This document shows positions 20,794-30,622 of a stretch of DNA of 64,000 nucleotides, piece after piece. Each line of letters starts with the position of its first letter. Position 1 is the first letter of the stretch. Both the position numbers and the translations under genes were made by a program. This stretch comes from a virus, in IMG/VR virus record IMGVR_UViG_3300029448_000010, positions 1 to 64,000 of that record. The stretch is one strand, 5' to 3'. The notes below the pieces were generated by a model. That model saw nothing but the letters and a program-made list of their open reading frames with translations, was not told the origin of the DNA and did no database searches.

Positions 20794-22328
20794 ATTATCA
20801 TCTCTATCATATCATCTAAGGTATTAATATCCGCAACAAACTTATCATCACGAATACGGACACATCTAGGAAATCTTAATCCATAGTTACCTTCTGCATC
20901 TTGTGTTATTAAATCAGCAGTTACTTCTAAAACCACTCTAGGCAAGAAGTGATAAGTGCCTTTATCGTAATTATCAACTTGCCTTCTTAATTCATTAGTT
21001 AATCTAACTAATTGACTATCACTAAAACCCGTACCGACAGAACCTAAATTAACATAACCGTCATTTTCAGTCCTTAGACCTATTCCAAAAGTACCGAATA
21101 CATTTGCTCTTTTACCTTCACCATACTTAGCAGTTAGAATAACTACATCTAAGTTAATGCGTGGAGGTTTGTATTTAGCCCAACCTATACTTCTTTTACC
21201 TGCTTCATACGACATAGAAGCATCCTTTACGATTATTCCTTCAAAGCCGTCATTAATTGCTCGACTGTAAAAGGCAAGAGTATCAACGCATTCATCCGGC
21301 ATTCTATGTGCTTGATTAGGCAATCCTTTGAATTTGTTAAGTCTATCTCTATAAGATAATTCCATAATAGTTTCACCATTAAACTTTAGACAGTCAAAAA
21401 TTACCCATTCAACGGGAACCTTTTCAATTGCTTCTGCATGGTCTTTAGAGTGAACCCTTGTACCCATCTTCTTGTGTTCTGCTGGCGTACCATCTTCATT
21501 AATAGGATATATTTCACCATCTAGTATAGCATTAGGAATATCATATTCTCTAACAATATCCGCTACATCAGAAAACTGAGGAGTAACTACATTACCCTTA
21601 CGATTAAAGATAATTACATTGTCTCCTTCTTTATGGATTTGATAACGATTACCGTCATACTTGTAGTCCACTATTTTATCAAGAGGCCATTTATTCATAG
21701 GTAGGTCTTTTGCTAACATAGGTGCTACAAAAGAACCATGCTCAAGATTCATTGGTGGCTCGGTATTAGATTCATAATACCGTGCAACATTGGAAATAGA
21801 ATTAAAGTTACAATGCTTTTTGACATCAGATAACTTCTTGTCATAATGTTTAGCCAATATCTTCTTTACTACTCCACTGTTAATCCCGTTGCGTGGTGTT
21901 CTTAACCAATACCTAATAAACCATTTACATTCTAAAGCACTCATATTAATTATAGCATGTCTAATAGTATCATATGAATTACTGCTGATTGAGCCGCAAT
22001 CCATAGAAAGAAGATTTAAAACAACTGGCATAGGTGTTGCTTCTAATGTTTCTGCTGATACATCTAAGTAATATATTGCTTCTCCTAAATCATCGTGAGC
22101 CTTATATTCATCTTCTATTTCATCGTCATGAACATTGTATATCTTTGCCAACCATTTCTTAGCCTTTGAAAGACCTATATTGTTACTAGGATATTCTTTT
22201 GCTAGGATAGCAAATAAGGCTGGTTTATTATGGAAGGTTTGAAGTTCCCTCGTAATCATAGATACCTGTTGTGTTGGTGTTCTTTGGTCTGTGCTTTCTA
22301 ATAGTCTCGATAGTCTCATCATTGTCAT
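20790..22328 (-). CDS. lig: ATP-dependent DNA ligase
   Basis: KYDGNR (motif I), LDGE, FDCL, EGIIVK, WAKYK, LRFPR. Confidence 0.95.
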   Translation of the reverse strand: MTMMRLSRLLESTDQRTPTQQVSMITRELQTFHNKPALFAILAKEYPSNNIGLSKAKKWLAKIYNVHDDEIEDEYKAHDDLGEAIYYLDVSAETLEATPMPVVLNLLSMDCGSISSNSYDTIRHAIINMSALECKWFIRYWLRTPRNGINSGVVKKILAKHYDKKLSDVKKHCNFNSISNVARYYESNTEPPMNLEHGSFVAPMLAKDLPMNKWPLDKIVDYKYDGNRYQIHKEGDNVIIFNRKGNVVTPQFSDVADIVREYDIPNAILDGEIYPINEDGTPAEHKKMGTRVHSKDHAEAIEKVPVEWVIFDCLKFNGETIMELSYRDRLNKFKGLPNQAHRMPDECVDTLAFYSRAINDGFEGIIVKDASMSYEAGKRSIGWAKYKPPRINLDVVILTAKYGEGKRANVFGTFGIGLRTENDGYVNLGSVGTGFSDSQLVRLTNELRRQVDNYDKGTYHFLPRVVLEVTADLITQDAEGNYGLRFPRCVRIRDDKFVADINTLDDMIEMII

Positions 22329-22447
22329 TTATAATCATCTCCATATTGTTATTACATTTTATTACTAATTCCTTTAGTAAAAGGCCCATTTTACCGCCTT
22401 CTAGTTTGATAGAATGCGCCCATAAGTGATGGGCTAATCTTTCCCAT

Positions 22448-22816
22448 TCACTCTTCTTCATCTGAAACAACTCCCTGTTCTATACTATTCATTAACCTTA
22501 CAAAGTTAATCATCATAGTTTGAACAAGTGCTGATTCTTCTTCTTTGCCTTGTTCCATTAAGCGATGTAACATATGAATCATAGATGCTTGAGTTACAGC
22601 CGGTGCTAGGCGTGCCAAATTATCAGAATGAAACATTTCCCAATACATCATAAATGACGCTCTCGGTAAAAACATTCCATTCCTAACTACCGCATAGTTA
22701 TCTTCAAAGTGGGCTAATGCGGCAGGGTTCTTCTTAATCTTCTTTTTCATGGCTTTCGCCCATTCCACAAATCTTTTATCATTCGTTATATCTAAAAACA
22801 TTTTATTCATATTCAT
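22448..22816 (-). CDS. Hypothetical protein
   Basis: Coupled ORF. Confidence 0.55.
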   Translation of the reverse strand: MNMNKMFLDITNDKRFVEWAKAMKKKIKKNPAALAHFEDNYAVVRNGMFLPRASFMMYWEMFHSDNLARLAPAVTQASMIHMLHRLMEQGKEEESALVQTMMINFVRLMNSIEQGVVSDEEE

Positions 22817-23079
22817 TCTTCTTCATCTCCTAATAACATTAGTTGCATTAATGCAGTTTGGAATCTTCCCCAACATGCGTCTATATGGTTTGGTTGTACC
22901 CTACAACCCCTACCAGAATTAGGCGGTAGTGGCATTTGCATTTCAATATAAGCAGACCATAAATCAATCAATTCATTTGAACATTTTCTATGTCTCCCCA
23001 ATGCACCCATACCATATTGTCTATCAGGATTAGCCTTTCTAACGCTGGCCTTTGTTTGTACTTCACTTATTCTAGTCAT
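22813..23079 (-). CDS. Possible divergent histone-fold protein
   Basis: KASVRKANPDRQYG-long helix-GRGCRVQPNHI arrangement mirrors histone-fold helices and loops. Confidence 0.4.
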   Translation of the reverse strand: MTRISEVQTKASVRKANPDRQYGMGALGRHRKCSNELIDLWSAYIEMQMPLPPNSGRGCRVQPNHIDACWGRFQTALMQLMLLGDEEE

Positions 23080-23269
23080 CTAATTCCCTCTTTAATATAT
23101 TTAATAATGTCTTTGCTTCATCTATATTTAGACGAATGCCTTTTGTTGGCTTATCATTCTTATGCCAACGAATATCTAAGACTTCGATATTCCAATAAGT
23201 ACCACGCTTAACTAATACTTCATCATTAGCGTTCCTTACTATTCTTCCTTTAATTTCAAAATCACTCAC
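23072..23269 (-). CDS. PC4/YdbC-like ssDNA-binding protein
   Basis: VLDIRW...KPTKGIRLN motif. Confidence 0.75.
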   Translation of the reverse strand: MSDFEIKGRIVRNANDEVLVKRGTYWNIEVLDIRWHKNDKPTKGIRLNIDEAKTLLNILKRELDD

Positions 23270-23666
23270 TAAACCACCCCTGTTTGAATTTATCTAATTC
23301 CTTTCTTGAAGTAAAATATCTAGGAGTATCTAACTCATCTATTCTATTAACTAACCAACAAGCCCCGCCTAATGACGATATTTGTACTATTTCATATTGG
23401 CCTCCATTGATTTCTATTACTTCAATAGTGTTAACCTCCGGCACTAATCCATATGTCTTAGTAATCTCATTAGCAACATCATGTATATTTTCAACTACAT
23501 ACTTGATGATATGCGCTCTTTGAATAGGTATCTTGGGCGCAACTTGAATAGATAACTTACCTGTCATATTACAAACTTTACATTTGTTTCCTTCACATAT
23601 AGGACACTTTACTTCTGCTGCATGTGGCGCAGGTAAAGTAACTGTCACTGCCCTTTTCTTAGACAT
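23262..23666 (-). CDS. Protein with DnaJ-type CxxCxG zinc finger
   Basis: CPICEG..CKVCNMTG; lies directly downstream of groEL. Confidence 0.55.
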   Translation of the reverse strand: MSKKRAVTVTLPAPHAAEVKCPICEGNKCKVCNMTGKLSIQVAPKIPIQRAHIIKYVVENIHDVANEITKTYGLVPEVNTIEVIEINGGQYEIVQISSLGGACWLVNRIDELDTPRYFTSRKELDKFKQGWFSE

Positions 23667-23822
23667 ATTAATCCTCCTTAAAAAGAAGAATGCCGTGTTC
23701 CATACAATATCCTCCTTCTATCATTTTTTTAACCCAAGTAGGCTGTTCTCCGATTACAGATGCGCTGTTTTTCAGTATTTTTTTCTGACAGCCTTTAAAT
23801 TGACATTTAAACCATACCATAT

Positions 23823-25358
23823 TTATTCCTCCAATAACACCGCTACTTCAGTTGATAAGAATAGATTAGCAATAGACATAGCCGCAAGGAAACTATTCTT
23901 AGTTACCTTTACGGGGTCAATAATCCCTGAATCGTGCATATTCTCAATCTTACCTGTTAAGGCATTCAGCGCATAATCCTTACCCACTGTGTAGTTTACC
24001 TCTATATCATGAACATAGTCAGCATACTTCAATCCGCTATTATCGAAGATAGCGCATATTGGCGCACTTAGAGAATCATATACTAAAGCATGGCCGGTCT
24101 GTGCTACATCTAATTCTTGTCTAGCAATAATAAATGCTTTACCTCCACCAATAACAATACCTTCATCCAAAGCCGCTTTAGTTGCGTTAAGTGCATCATC
24201 AAGCCTTTCCTTCTTTTCTCTCATTTCAATAGAAGAAGAAGCACCTATTCTAATAGTAGCGACGCCACCGTTAAGTCTAGCAATTCTTCCCTTTAGTCTC
24301 ATCTTATCGTATTTATCTTCAGCAGATTCATATAATTGTTTAAGACTTAGTACCTTATGTTTTAACTCATCGGCATCTCCTTCTCCACCAATAATAACAG
24401 TATTTTCTTTACTTACTACTATTCTATCAGCAGTACCTAATTCATCCATAGTAGCCATAGCAGGGTCGTCTTTACTTTCTTCGTTGAATAGTTTACCACC
24501 ACAAATAGCAGTAATATCTGTTAACTCATCTAATTGAGCATCACCAAAGTTAGGAGCCTTTACTACAACTACTTCAATAGTTTTCTGCAATACATTCATA
24601 ATTACATTACTTAGTGCAGTGCCTTCCATACCCCTACAAATAATAACTAGCGGTCTTTTGTTTCTAGCACACAATTCCAACAAAGGGAGTATGTCTTGGA
24701 AATGTCGTATGTTAAGATTAGATGTAAATATTACAGGGTTGTCGAAGGTTGTTTTACCATCTTCGCCATTAGTCATCATATGACTCAAGTACCCTTCATC
24801 AAACTCTATACCATCTCTAACTATTAGATTAGTCATGTGGGATTTAGATTCCTCAACTGTAATTACGCCATCTCTCCCTACTTTATTAATAGCCCCTTGA
24901 ATCAGCAAACCTAACTTAGAATCATTATTCGCCGCTATTGTGGCTACATTCAGAATATCATCATCAAGAATAGGTTTAGCCTGTTCAGCAAGAGAGGCTA
25001 AAATTATCTCTTCTGCTTCTTTGAACTCCTTTTGCAAGTTACGCATATTGTAAAACTGTTGTTCTTTAATACCTTTAACTAATGCTTGAGCAATAATACA
25101 AGCAGTAGTAGTACCATCACCTGAATTATCCTGTGCTTTACTTGCTAAGTTTTGAACCATCTGAACACCCATTTGAACATAAGGGTCTTTACTTGAAATA
25201 TACTTAGTAATGGTTACGCCGTCATTAATCACAACAGGTGGATTGCCTTGCAAAATTACTGTTTTTGCTTGTGGCCCCAATGTCGGTTTTACTGTATTCG
25301 CTACTAAATCAATTCCTTCTTGTAACTTCTGCTTAACTTCTTTTCCATTAATTATCAT
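23823..25358 (-). CDS. groEL: Group I chaperonin GroEL
   Basis: TLGP, NDGVTI, GDGTTTA, KAPNFGD, GIVIGGG, GIIDP motifs. Confidence 0.95.
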   Translation of the reverse strand: MIINGKEVKQKLQEGIDLVANTVKPTLGPQAKTVILQGNPPVVINDGVTITKYISSKDPYVQMGVQMVQNLASKAQDNSGDGTTTACIIAQALVKGIKEQQFYNMRNLQKEFKEAEEIILASLAEQAKPILDDDILNVATIAANNDSKLGLLIQGAINKVGRDGVITVEESKSHMTNLIVRDGIEFDEGYLSHMMTNGEDGKTTFDNPVIFTSNLNIRHFQDILPLLELCARNKRPLVIICRGMEGTALSNVIMNVLQKTIEVVVVKAPNFGDAQLDELTDITAICGGKLFNEESKDDPAMATMDELGTADRIVVSKENTVIIGGEGDADELKHKVLSLKQLYESAEDKYDKMRLKGRIARLNGGVATIRIGASSSIEMREKKERLDDALNATKAALDEGIVIGGGKAFIIARQELDVAQTGHALVYDSLSAPICAIFDNSGLKYADYVHDIEVNYTVGKDYALNALTGKIENMHDSGIIDPVKVTKNSFLAAMSIANLFLSTEVAVLLEE

Positions 25359-25527
25359 TCAATCATCTCCACATCATTAATATTGTATTTATTCAAACCA
25401 TAGTACTCTTCACCGTGATAAGGCACTCCGGCATATAGGCAATAACACTCTTCACTACAAAAGGCTCTTTGCCCTACTGCTGTCATAACTAGATACTTCA
25501 CTGTTTCTTCTCCACAATTAGCACACA

Positions 25528-25746
25528 TTATCCAATCACCGCCATTATCTGTTCATAAGGAATAAACATCACATTGTTCTCTGTTGTATATTCTAGTTTA
25601 TCATTGAAGACTACAATCTTATCTCTAAGAGTTGTGTCACATTGACAGTCAAACACCCTGCCTCTGTTAGAGGCTTTTGTTAAGATACCGCTATCAGTTT
25701 TCTTTTCTTCTATTACTACTACAACCCAATTTCCTACTGCTTTCAT
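25528..25746 (-). CDS. groES: GroES-like co-chaperonin
   Basis: MKAVGNWVVV..EEKKTDSGIL...EQIMAVI; upstream of groEL. Confidence 0.8.
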   Translation of the reverse strand: MKAVGNWVVVVIEEKKTDSGILTKASNRGRVFDCQCDTTLRDKIVVFNDKLEYTTENNVMFIPYEQIMAVIG

Positions 25747-26484
25747 TCTAAATCACCTTCAAGTGGAGTAATGTTTATTCCCGATTGAAATACAGTTTTA
25801 TTAGGATTGTTTAGCATCCACTGTATTGTGTCAAACTCGTCTTTGTGATGTTGACTACTATGTGACATCATTGATAAATAATCAACTATACTATCCAACA
25901 CCTTTGCTTTTGTTTTTACGCTTGCTTTTTTCATTCTTCTTCACCTAAACTAAATTTATTCATTCTTGCTACTTGGCAACAAAGTCTAATCTTTTGAGTT
26001 GATTCAAGATTCCAAAACTCATCATCTTTCCAGCCAAGTTTAACTTCAATATACCTACATAATTCTCTTCTAGTCATATTCTGAAAATCATCATCAATAG
26101 GTACTCCTAGTATCTCTCTAGTATCGTGGGTTAGAAACTTATCTAAGAATACATACACTCTTCCCATTAAACCAATTAATCTTCTAATAATCCATTGTAT
26201 CATTCTTCTTCACCGCCAATTTTAATCCATCCCATATTTAGGTCTGCATCAATAAAAGTATGAACATGAGTTTCATAAAACTCATCTAGAATATCATCCT
26301 TATATCCTCTCTTTCCCCAATAGATACCTTTAGTTTTCTTTTGGTTCTTATCATTAGGATGCCTTCTCTTATGGTTAGCCTGTCTTTCTTTAAGAGTTAT
26401 TTTACCAGTAGGTGTTCTAACTTCTATTAACATACTTTCCCCGTACTTATCCTTAACCTGCTTAAATGTAGTAGTGTAACTCAT
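25743..26484 (-). CDS. Three small coupled hypothetical proteins (25743-25934, 25931-26203, 26200-26484)
   Basis: ATGA overlaps and SD-derived GEEE C-termini. Confidence 0.55.
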
Positions 26485-26602
26485 TCTTCATCACCCATCT
26501 TAATTAATTCTTGTTGTATTGGTATGTGTTCATCTGGTAATAAAGATTGACCAAATAAATATAACAATACTATTCCTATAAATCCTATAATTACTTCGCC
26601 TA

Positions 26603-27088
26603 TCATTCTTCTTCATCTCCTTTTGAAGACCAAACCTGTGTCCTATCATATTCATAGTTACGGTAAATCTTTAATTGATTAGATTCTTCTTGGAACCAAG
26701 AACCATAATGACCGTCGCCGCCTAATACATGAGCAGTTTTCATTAACGGTTCCCAAACTCTAACAGTCCTAATATCAGTCCCACTAAAATAAGCAGAACC
26801 AAATGGGTGTGTATGAATCCATGTCTTAATAGGTAATTTCATTCCAACAGGGTCTATTTGAAAATCAACATAGCCCGATGAACCCGATGAAATATGGATA
26901 GCATCGTTAGAATCAATAACTACTTGCACTTCAAGGTTAGGTAGTATTTCAGTTGAAGCATACCATATATGCTCAAATAGGTCTTTTATCTCCATACCTT
27001 GCTCATAATACGCATCAATGTATAATTCAGCCTTCATCCTTGCTATCTTTAAATCAATTCTTTTCATAATAGTTTCAAAATTTTCCAT
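26603..27088 (-). CDS. JAB/MPN+ (JAMM) metalloprotease
   Basis: Upstream E (LEVQ) and WIHTHP-FGSAYF-SGTD = HxH-x7-S-x2-D. Confidence 0.88.
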   Translation of the reverse strand: MENFETIMKRIDLKIARMKAELYIDAYYEQGMEIKDLFEHIWYASTEILPNLEVQVVIDSNDAIHISSGSSGYVDFQIDPVGMKLPIKTWIHTHPFGSAYFSGTDIRTVRVWEPLMKTAHVLGGDGHYGSWFQEESNQLKIYRNYEYDRTQVWSSKGDEEE

Positions 27089-28205
27089 CTATGTTCACCT
27101 TCTTTTGTAGTTTACTTAGTTTAGTAACGGCTTTATCCAATTTACGATTGAGCCTCTTTTCTCTTTTAGCGATTCTTCGCAGTTTCCAACGCTTTAGAAG
27201 CGAAGGTTTCTTCTCCGGCTTCATATTACGCTTCATTTGATTGCGTATTTCAGTGGCCTTCATAACCAACTCTTCACTAACAGCATATGTTAAATCATAA
27301 TGCTTCTCATAGTGTTTTGCTATTACCCAATACGGCCTTTCATAAGTTTCTCTCGCTTCTTCTATTGAAATCTCAGGGAAAGATACCAGTAAACTTAGTG
27401 ATTCATCCATAGACCAAGTATCAGATACTTTAGAGTATTCTTTACTTGGGCTTTCATTAAGCCTTACAGGTTTATTTTCTCTAGTATGAATCTCAACATA
27501 ATCGTCTTTAGTCGAAGCAGTATTAGTTACTCTTTCTTCAGTGACAATTTTATCTAAATCAACTTTGTTGATAATTTCAAAAGCACGATGTTTCAATGAC
27601 CTTTGCCATCTCTGTTGTATTGCCTTATGTGTGCGATTAGTGAATAAAGTAGTAGGAGGGTATTTATTCTTATTTACCTTCCATTCAGTAACAATAGCGT
27701 CTTCTTCTAAAGTCCATCTAGAACTAGATGCGTGTTTATTATCCTTAACACCCTTTCCTTTAGTAGCCCTTGGATTAGTACCCAATGCTCTTGGATTAGT
27801 ACCCTGTGTTCTTAGATTACTACCTACCGGAGTTAACAAGTCAATCTGTTCACTAGCAACTGCTTTAGTGAAGTTTCCTTCTTTGGCGGATTCTGCTAAT
27901 TTATCCTCTAATACTTTCTTTTCTTTAGTAGTACCGTTAGGTAAAGTTAAAGAGGCAATAAACTTGCATTGTCTCCTTGTTGCAGGGTCGTCTTTCCAAT
28001 GAGTAGGAATACTTACCGACAGTTCTTGACGGTCTTGTAACTTTATATCATATTTCTTTTTAAACTTAGCAATAGTGGATGAATAGTTAGAAGCACTTCT
28101 ATTAGGAAATCCTTCACTATACATTTCAAATGCTATTTCAGGCCATGTTTTGCCTTCTTCTCTTTTCTTTATTGCTGTTGCAATTTCAATAGGTTTCCAT
28201 TTCAT
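27075..28205 (-). CDS. Multi-domain DNA-binding protein (Myb/SANT-like HTH repeats, GTNPRA repeats)
   Basis: KTWPEIA...FPNRS and WTLEEDAI...NRTHKAIQQRW; low-complexity linker. Confidence 0.55.
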   Translation of the reverse strand: MKWKPIEIATAIKKREEGKTWPEIAFEMYSEGFPNRSASNYSSTIAKFKKKYDIKLQDRQELSVSIPTHWKDDPATRRQCKFIASLTLPNGTTKEKKVLEDKLAESAKEGNFTKAVASEQIDLLTPVGSNLRTQGTNPRALGTNPRATKGKGVKDNKHASSSRWTLEEDAIVTEWKVNKNKYPPTTLFTNRTHKAIQQRWQRSLKHRAFEIINKVDLDKIVTEERVTNTASTKDDYVEIHTRENKPVRLNESPSKEYSKVSDTWSMDESLSLLVSFPEISIEEARETYERPYWVIAKHYEKHYDLTYAVSEELVMKATEIRNQMKRNMKPEKKPSLLKRWKLRRIAKREKRLNRKLDKAVTKLSKLQKKVNIDGKF

Positions 28206-28207
28206 AT

Positions 28208-28420
28208 TTATACCTCCAATTCTTCATTCATTTCCATTTTAAATTCCCATGTGTGGAATACTTCGTGACCTCCTAAAAAGCCACCTGCTTCTCTAATAGG
28301 GCCAATATATCTAGCCCCGCAAACTTGACAATAAGCCATAACGATTCTTTCTTCATAATAAGAACCTTTATCACCGTCTATATCTATTACTCTCCCAATG
28401 TCTGATTCTGTATATTTCAT
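28208..28420 (-). CDS. Small zinc-finger protein (CxxC...HxxxH)
   Basis: CQVC and HEVFH. Confidence 0.55.
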   Translation of the reverse strand: MKYTESDIGRVIDIDGDKGSYYEERIVMAYCQVCGARYIGPIREAGGFLGGHEVFHTWEFKMEMNEELEV

Positions 28421-28974
28421 ACATTCACGACCATAAAGGACTTTACTTCTTCTTCATTGAACCATCGTTGAATCCAATGTGCGCCCATTCCAGCAATAGC
28501 GGCTTGCATGAAATGAACCGCTTTATTGGTTCCATCCCATGAATCACCTTGACAACTAAAAGAACCATTTGGCCCTGCTAAAAGGGAATCATACATCTTA
28601 GGGTCTGCTTCATAACTCACAAATACCGCATTCCTACCTTGCGCTCGTAAGTCGAGCCATTTAAGGGTTGTGTTGTATAAGGTGCGTCTTACGCTTAGGT
28701 TATCCACACAGCATACTACCAAATCATAACCCTCCATCTGTTTTGCAGTTAAGATAGGGAAAGGAATTACCTTTTTTATGTTGTATCTTTTATTCATAGC
28801 CTTTGCTTTATTTTCACCTACTTCTTCTTCAGTAAAGTTCTGATAAGGTAAATTCTTTTTCTCAACTTTATCAGGGTCGGCTACTGTAATATCATACATT
28901 CCTACTTGATTCAATAAAGGTATTAGATAACTACCAATACCGCCTGTTCCTATAACTAATATTTTTCTTTTCAT
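28417..28974 (-). CDS. ThiF/MoeB/E1-like ubiquitin-like protein activating enzyme
   Basis: VIGTGGIGS, DPDKVEKKNLPYQ, GENKA, CVDN..VR; candidate catalytic Cys in FSCQG; likely start MKRKILVIG. Confidence 0.9.
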   Translation of the reverse strand: MKRKILVIGTGGIGSYLIPLLNQVGMYDITVADPDKVEKKNLPYQNFTEEEVGENKAKAMNKRYNIKKVIPFPILTAKQMEGYDLVVCCVDNLSVRRTLYNTTLKWLDLRAQGRNAVFVSYEADPKMYDSLLAGPNGSFSCQGDSWDGTNKAVHFMQAAIAGMGAHWIQRWFNEEEVKSFMVVNV

Positions 28975-29606
28975 TCTAACATCTCCAAATTGGCATTCCA
29001 TCTTTCATTATACTCTTGTATTTCTGCGTTGTATTTTGTTTTGAAATGGTCTTTAGGCCACCATTCAGGCATTCTGTTTTGTCTCCATTCAGCAAACTTC
29101 CATTTACCTTCAAGATAATAATGTCTGTAAGACTTGATTACAAAGTCCCAATCGGGAATCCTGTTATCTTTAACTAATCTATACTTATCATCCATAGCAA
29201 TAGTTACAGGAGTAGCCCACCAAGGGTCAGCCTGAAAATCAATTGTATATGCTATATCTAGTATTCTAGATTGTGAGCCATGCTTCTTATTGTAGCGATG
29301 AGTATATTCATCACAAAGAGCGCATCCGTGCGAGTATAACCATCGAGTATTGTTAGGGGTTTGTCTAGCCCAAATAGTACTAGGATGATTAAGCATAGCA
29401 GGTTTCATTAGGTTTGAACCAATATCTCTATGAAATGCTTTTAATTGAGCAAGAGTAGGTTCTTCATTATAATGCTCAATATAGTCAAAATACAAAGCAT
29501 TAGTATGTAACATCTGACAAGTTTCAGTCGGCATTTTTACTACATGCTTATTTAGCATTTGTTGTGCCGCTTCTTGTGGATTTCTTGATAGTGCAAATAT
29601 ATTCAT
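28971..29606 (-). CDS. Pyrimidine-dimer glycosylase (DenV)-like family protein
   Basis: MNIF.L...HVVKMP.E..QML, NHPSTIWAR, EYT.RY.K.H, YR.YY motifs. Confidence 0.75.
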   Translation of the reverse strand: MNIFALSRNPQEAAQQMLNKHVVKMPTETCQMLHTNALYFDYIEHYNEEPTLAQLKAFHRDIGSNLMKPAMLNHPSTIWARQTPNNTRWLYSHGCALCDEYTHRYNKKHGSQSRILDIAYTIDFQADPWWATPVTIAMDDKYRLVKDNRIPDWDFVIKSYRHYYLEGKWKFAEWRQNRMPEWWPKDHFKTKYNAEIQEYNERWNANLEMLE

Positions 29607-29782
29607 TTGAATTTCCTCCTTGCTTCTTCGTATATCTTATAGGTGTCTGTACGACCCAAAAGAGTTTGTTGTTTACAATACTCTTTTCTTTTAGTGTTTG
29701 TACTGACATAGGTATTTAGAAAATCTTTTTTCCAATATCTATGTTCGCTTGTCGGTATTACTTCTCTCATTCTTATTGTCAT

Positions 29783-30622
29783 TTAAATTACCATTCCTTT
29801 TATTTCGGACATTTTATTATATCCTAACATTTGTATTATCTTTTTACTTGTCTTTCCTATTGCTGAAAGTGAGATACCTGTTGATTCGGTTATATCGGAT
29901 TTTCTAACACCTTCGTATCTGAATATATTAGACGCTACCCAACAAACACTAGCGTAGTATGCTCTAGGTTTATTAAAACAATGAGTCTCCACTAACGGTT
30001 CTAGTTTTTCTAATAGAGTAACTGCGTTAGAATAGAACATTATATCATCAGTTACTTTACTGCAAACCTGCTTTAACATAAAGGTAGGGTCTGCACCATA
30101 CAATAGATTTTTGTTTTTGAAGTGATTAATCATCTTCTGTACTAACCTATTTACTATTTTAATAGAACAGGAGTATTCCGAACATAACTCTTTCATTGAA
30201 GCAGGTGTCCTATTCTCTTTTAGAACATAGAAAACCGTAGCAGTACATCTTGCTTCTAATTTTATTTTACCGAATAGACCTTTCTGTTGAGAATCTAAAT
30301 AACATTCTTCCACTCGCTCTTTTAGAGGGTGGTTTATCTGAATGCTAGATAGAATCATATTACAAGTCTGTAATCCTGAAAGGATATGTCTAGGTGTTGT
30401 TGAGTTGTTGCCTCTTCTATTAAACTTGTAAGAACCCTTACCTGAAATAATAGACCCTAGTTTACCTTTATCGGCTGAATGAGTAACTACTCCGTCATCA
30501 ACCATTCTTACAGTCTCTTCAAACAATTCAGTAACTACGACTAAGCCGCAATCACTACATTCTGTCTCTCCCATTCTTTCATTATAATTAAATATTAAAC
30601 TACCACATTCACTGCATTTCAT
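29783..30622 (-). CDS. tfb: Transcription initiation factor TFB/TFIIB homolog
   Basis: N-terminal Zn ribbon CSECG...GETECSDCGLVV followed by two cyclin-like repeats. Confidence 0.85.
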   Translation of the reverse strand: MKCSECGSLIFNYNERMGETECSDCGLVVVTELFEETVRMVDDGVVTHSADKGKLGSIISGKGSYKFNRRGNNSTTPRHILSGLQTCNMILSSIQINHPLKERVEECYLDSQQKGLFGKIKLEARCTATVFYVLKENRTPASMKELCSEYSCSIKIVNRLVQKMINHFKNKNLLYGADPTFMLKQVCSKVTDDIMFYSNAVTLLEKLEPLVETHCFNKPRAYYASVCWVASNIFRYEGVRKSDITESTGISLSAIGKTSKKIIQMLGYNKMSEIKGMVI

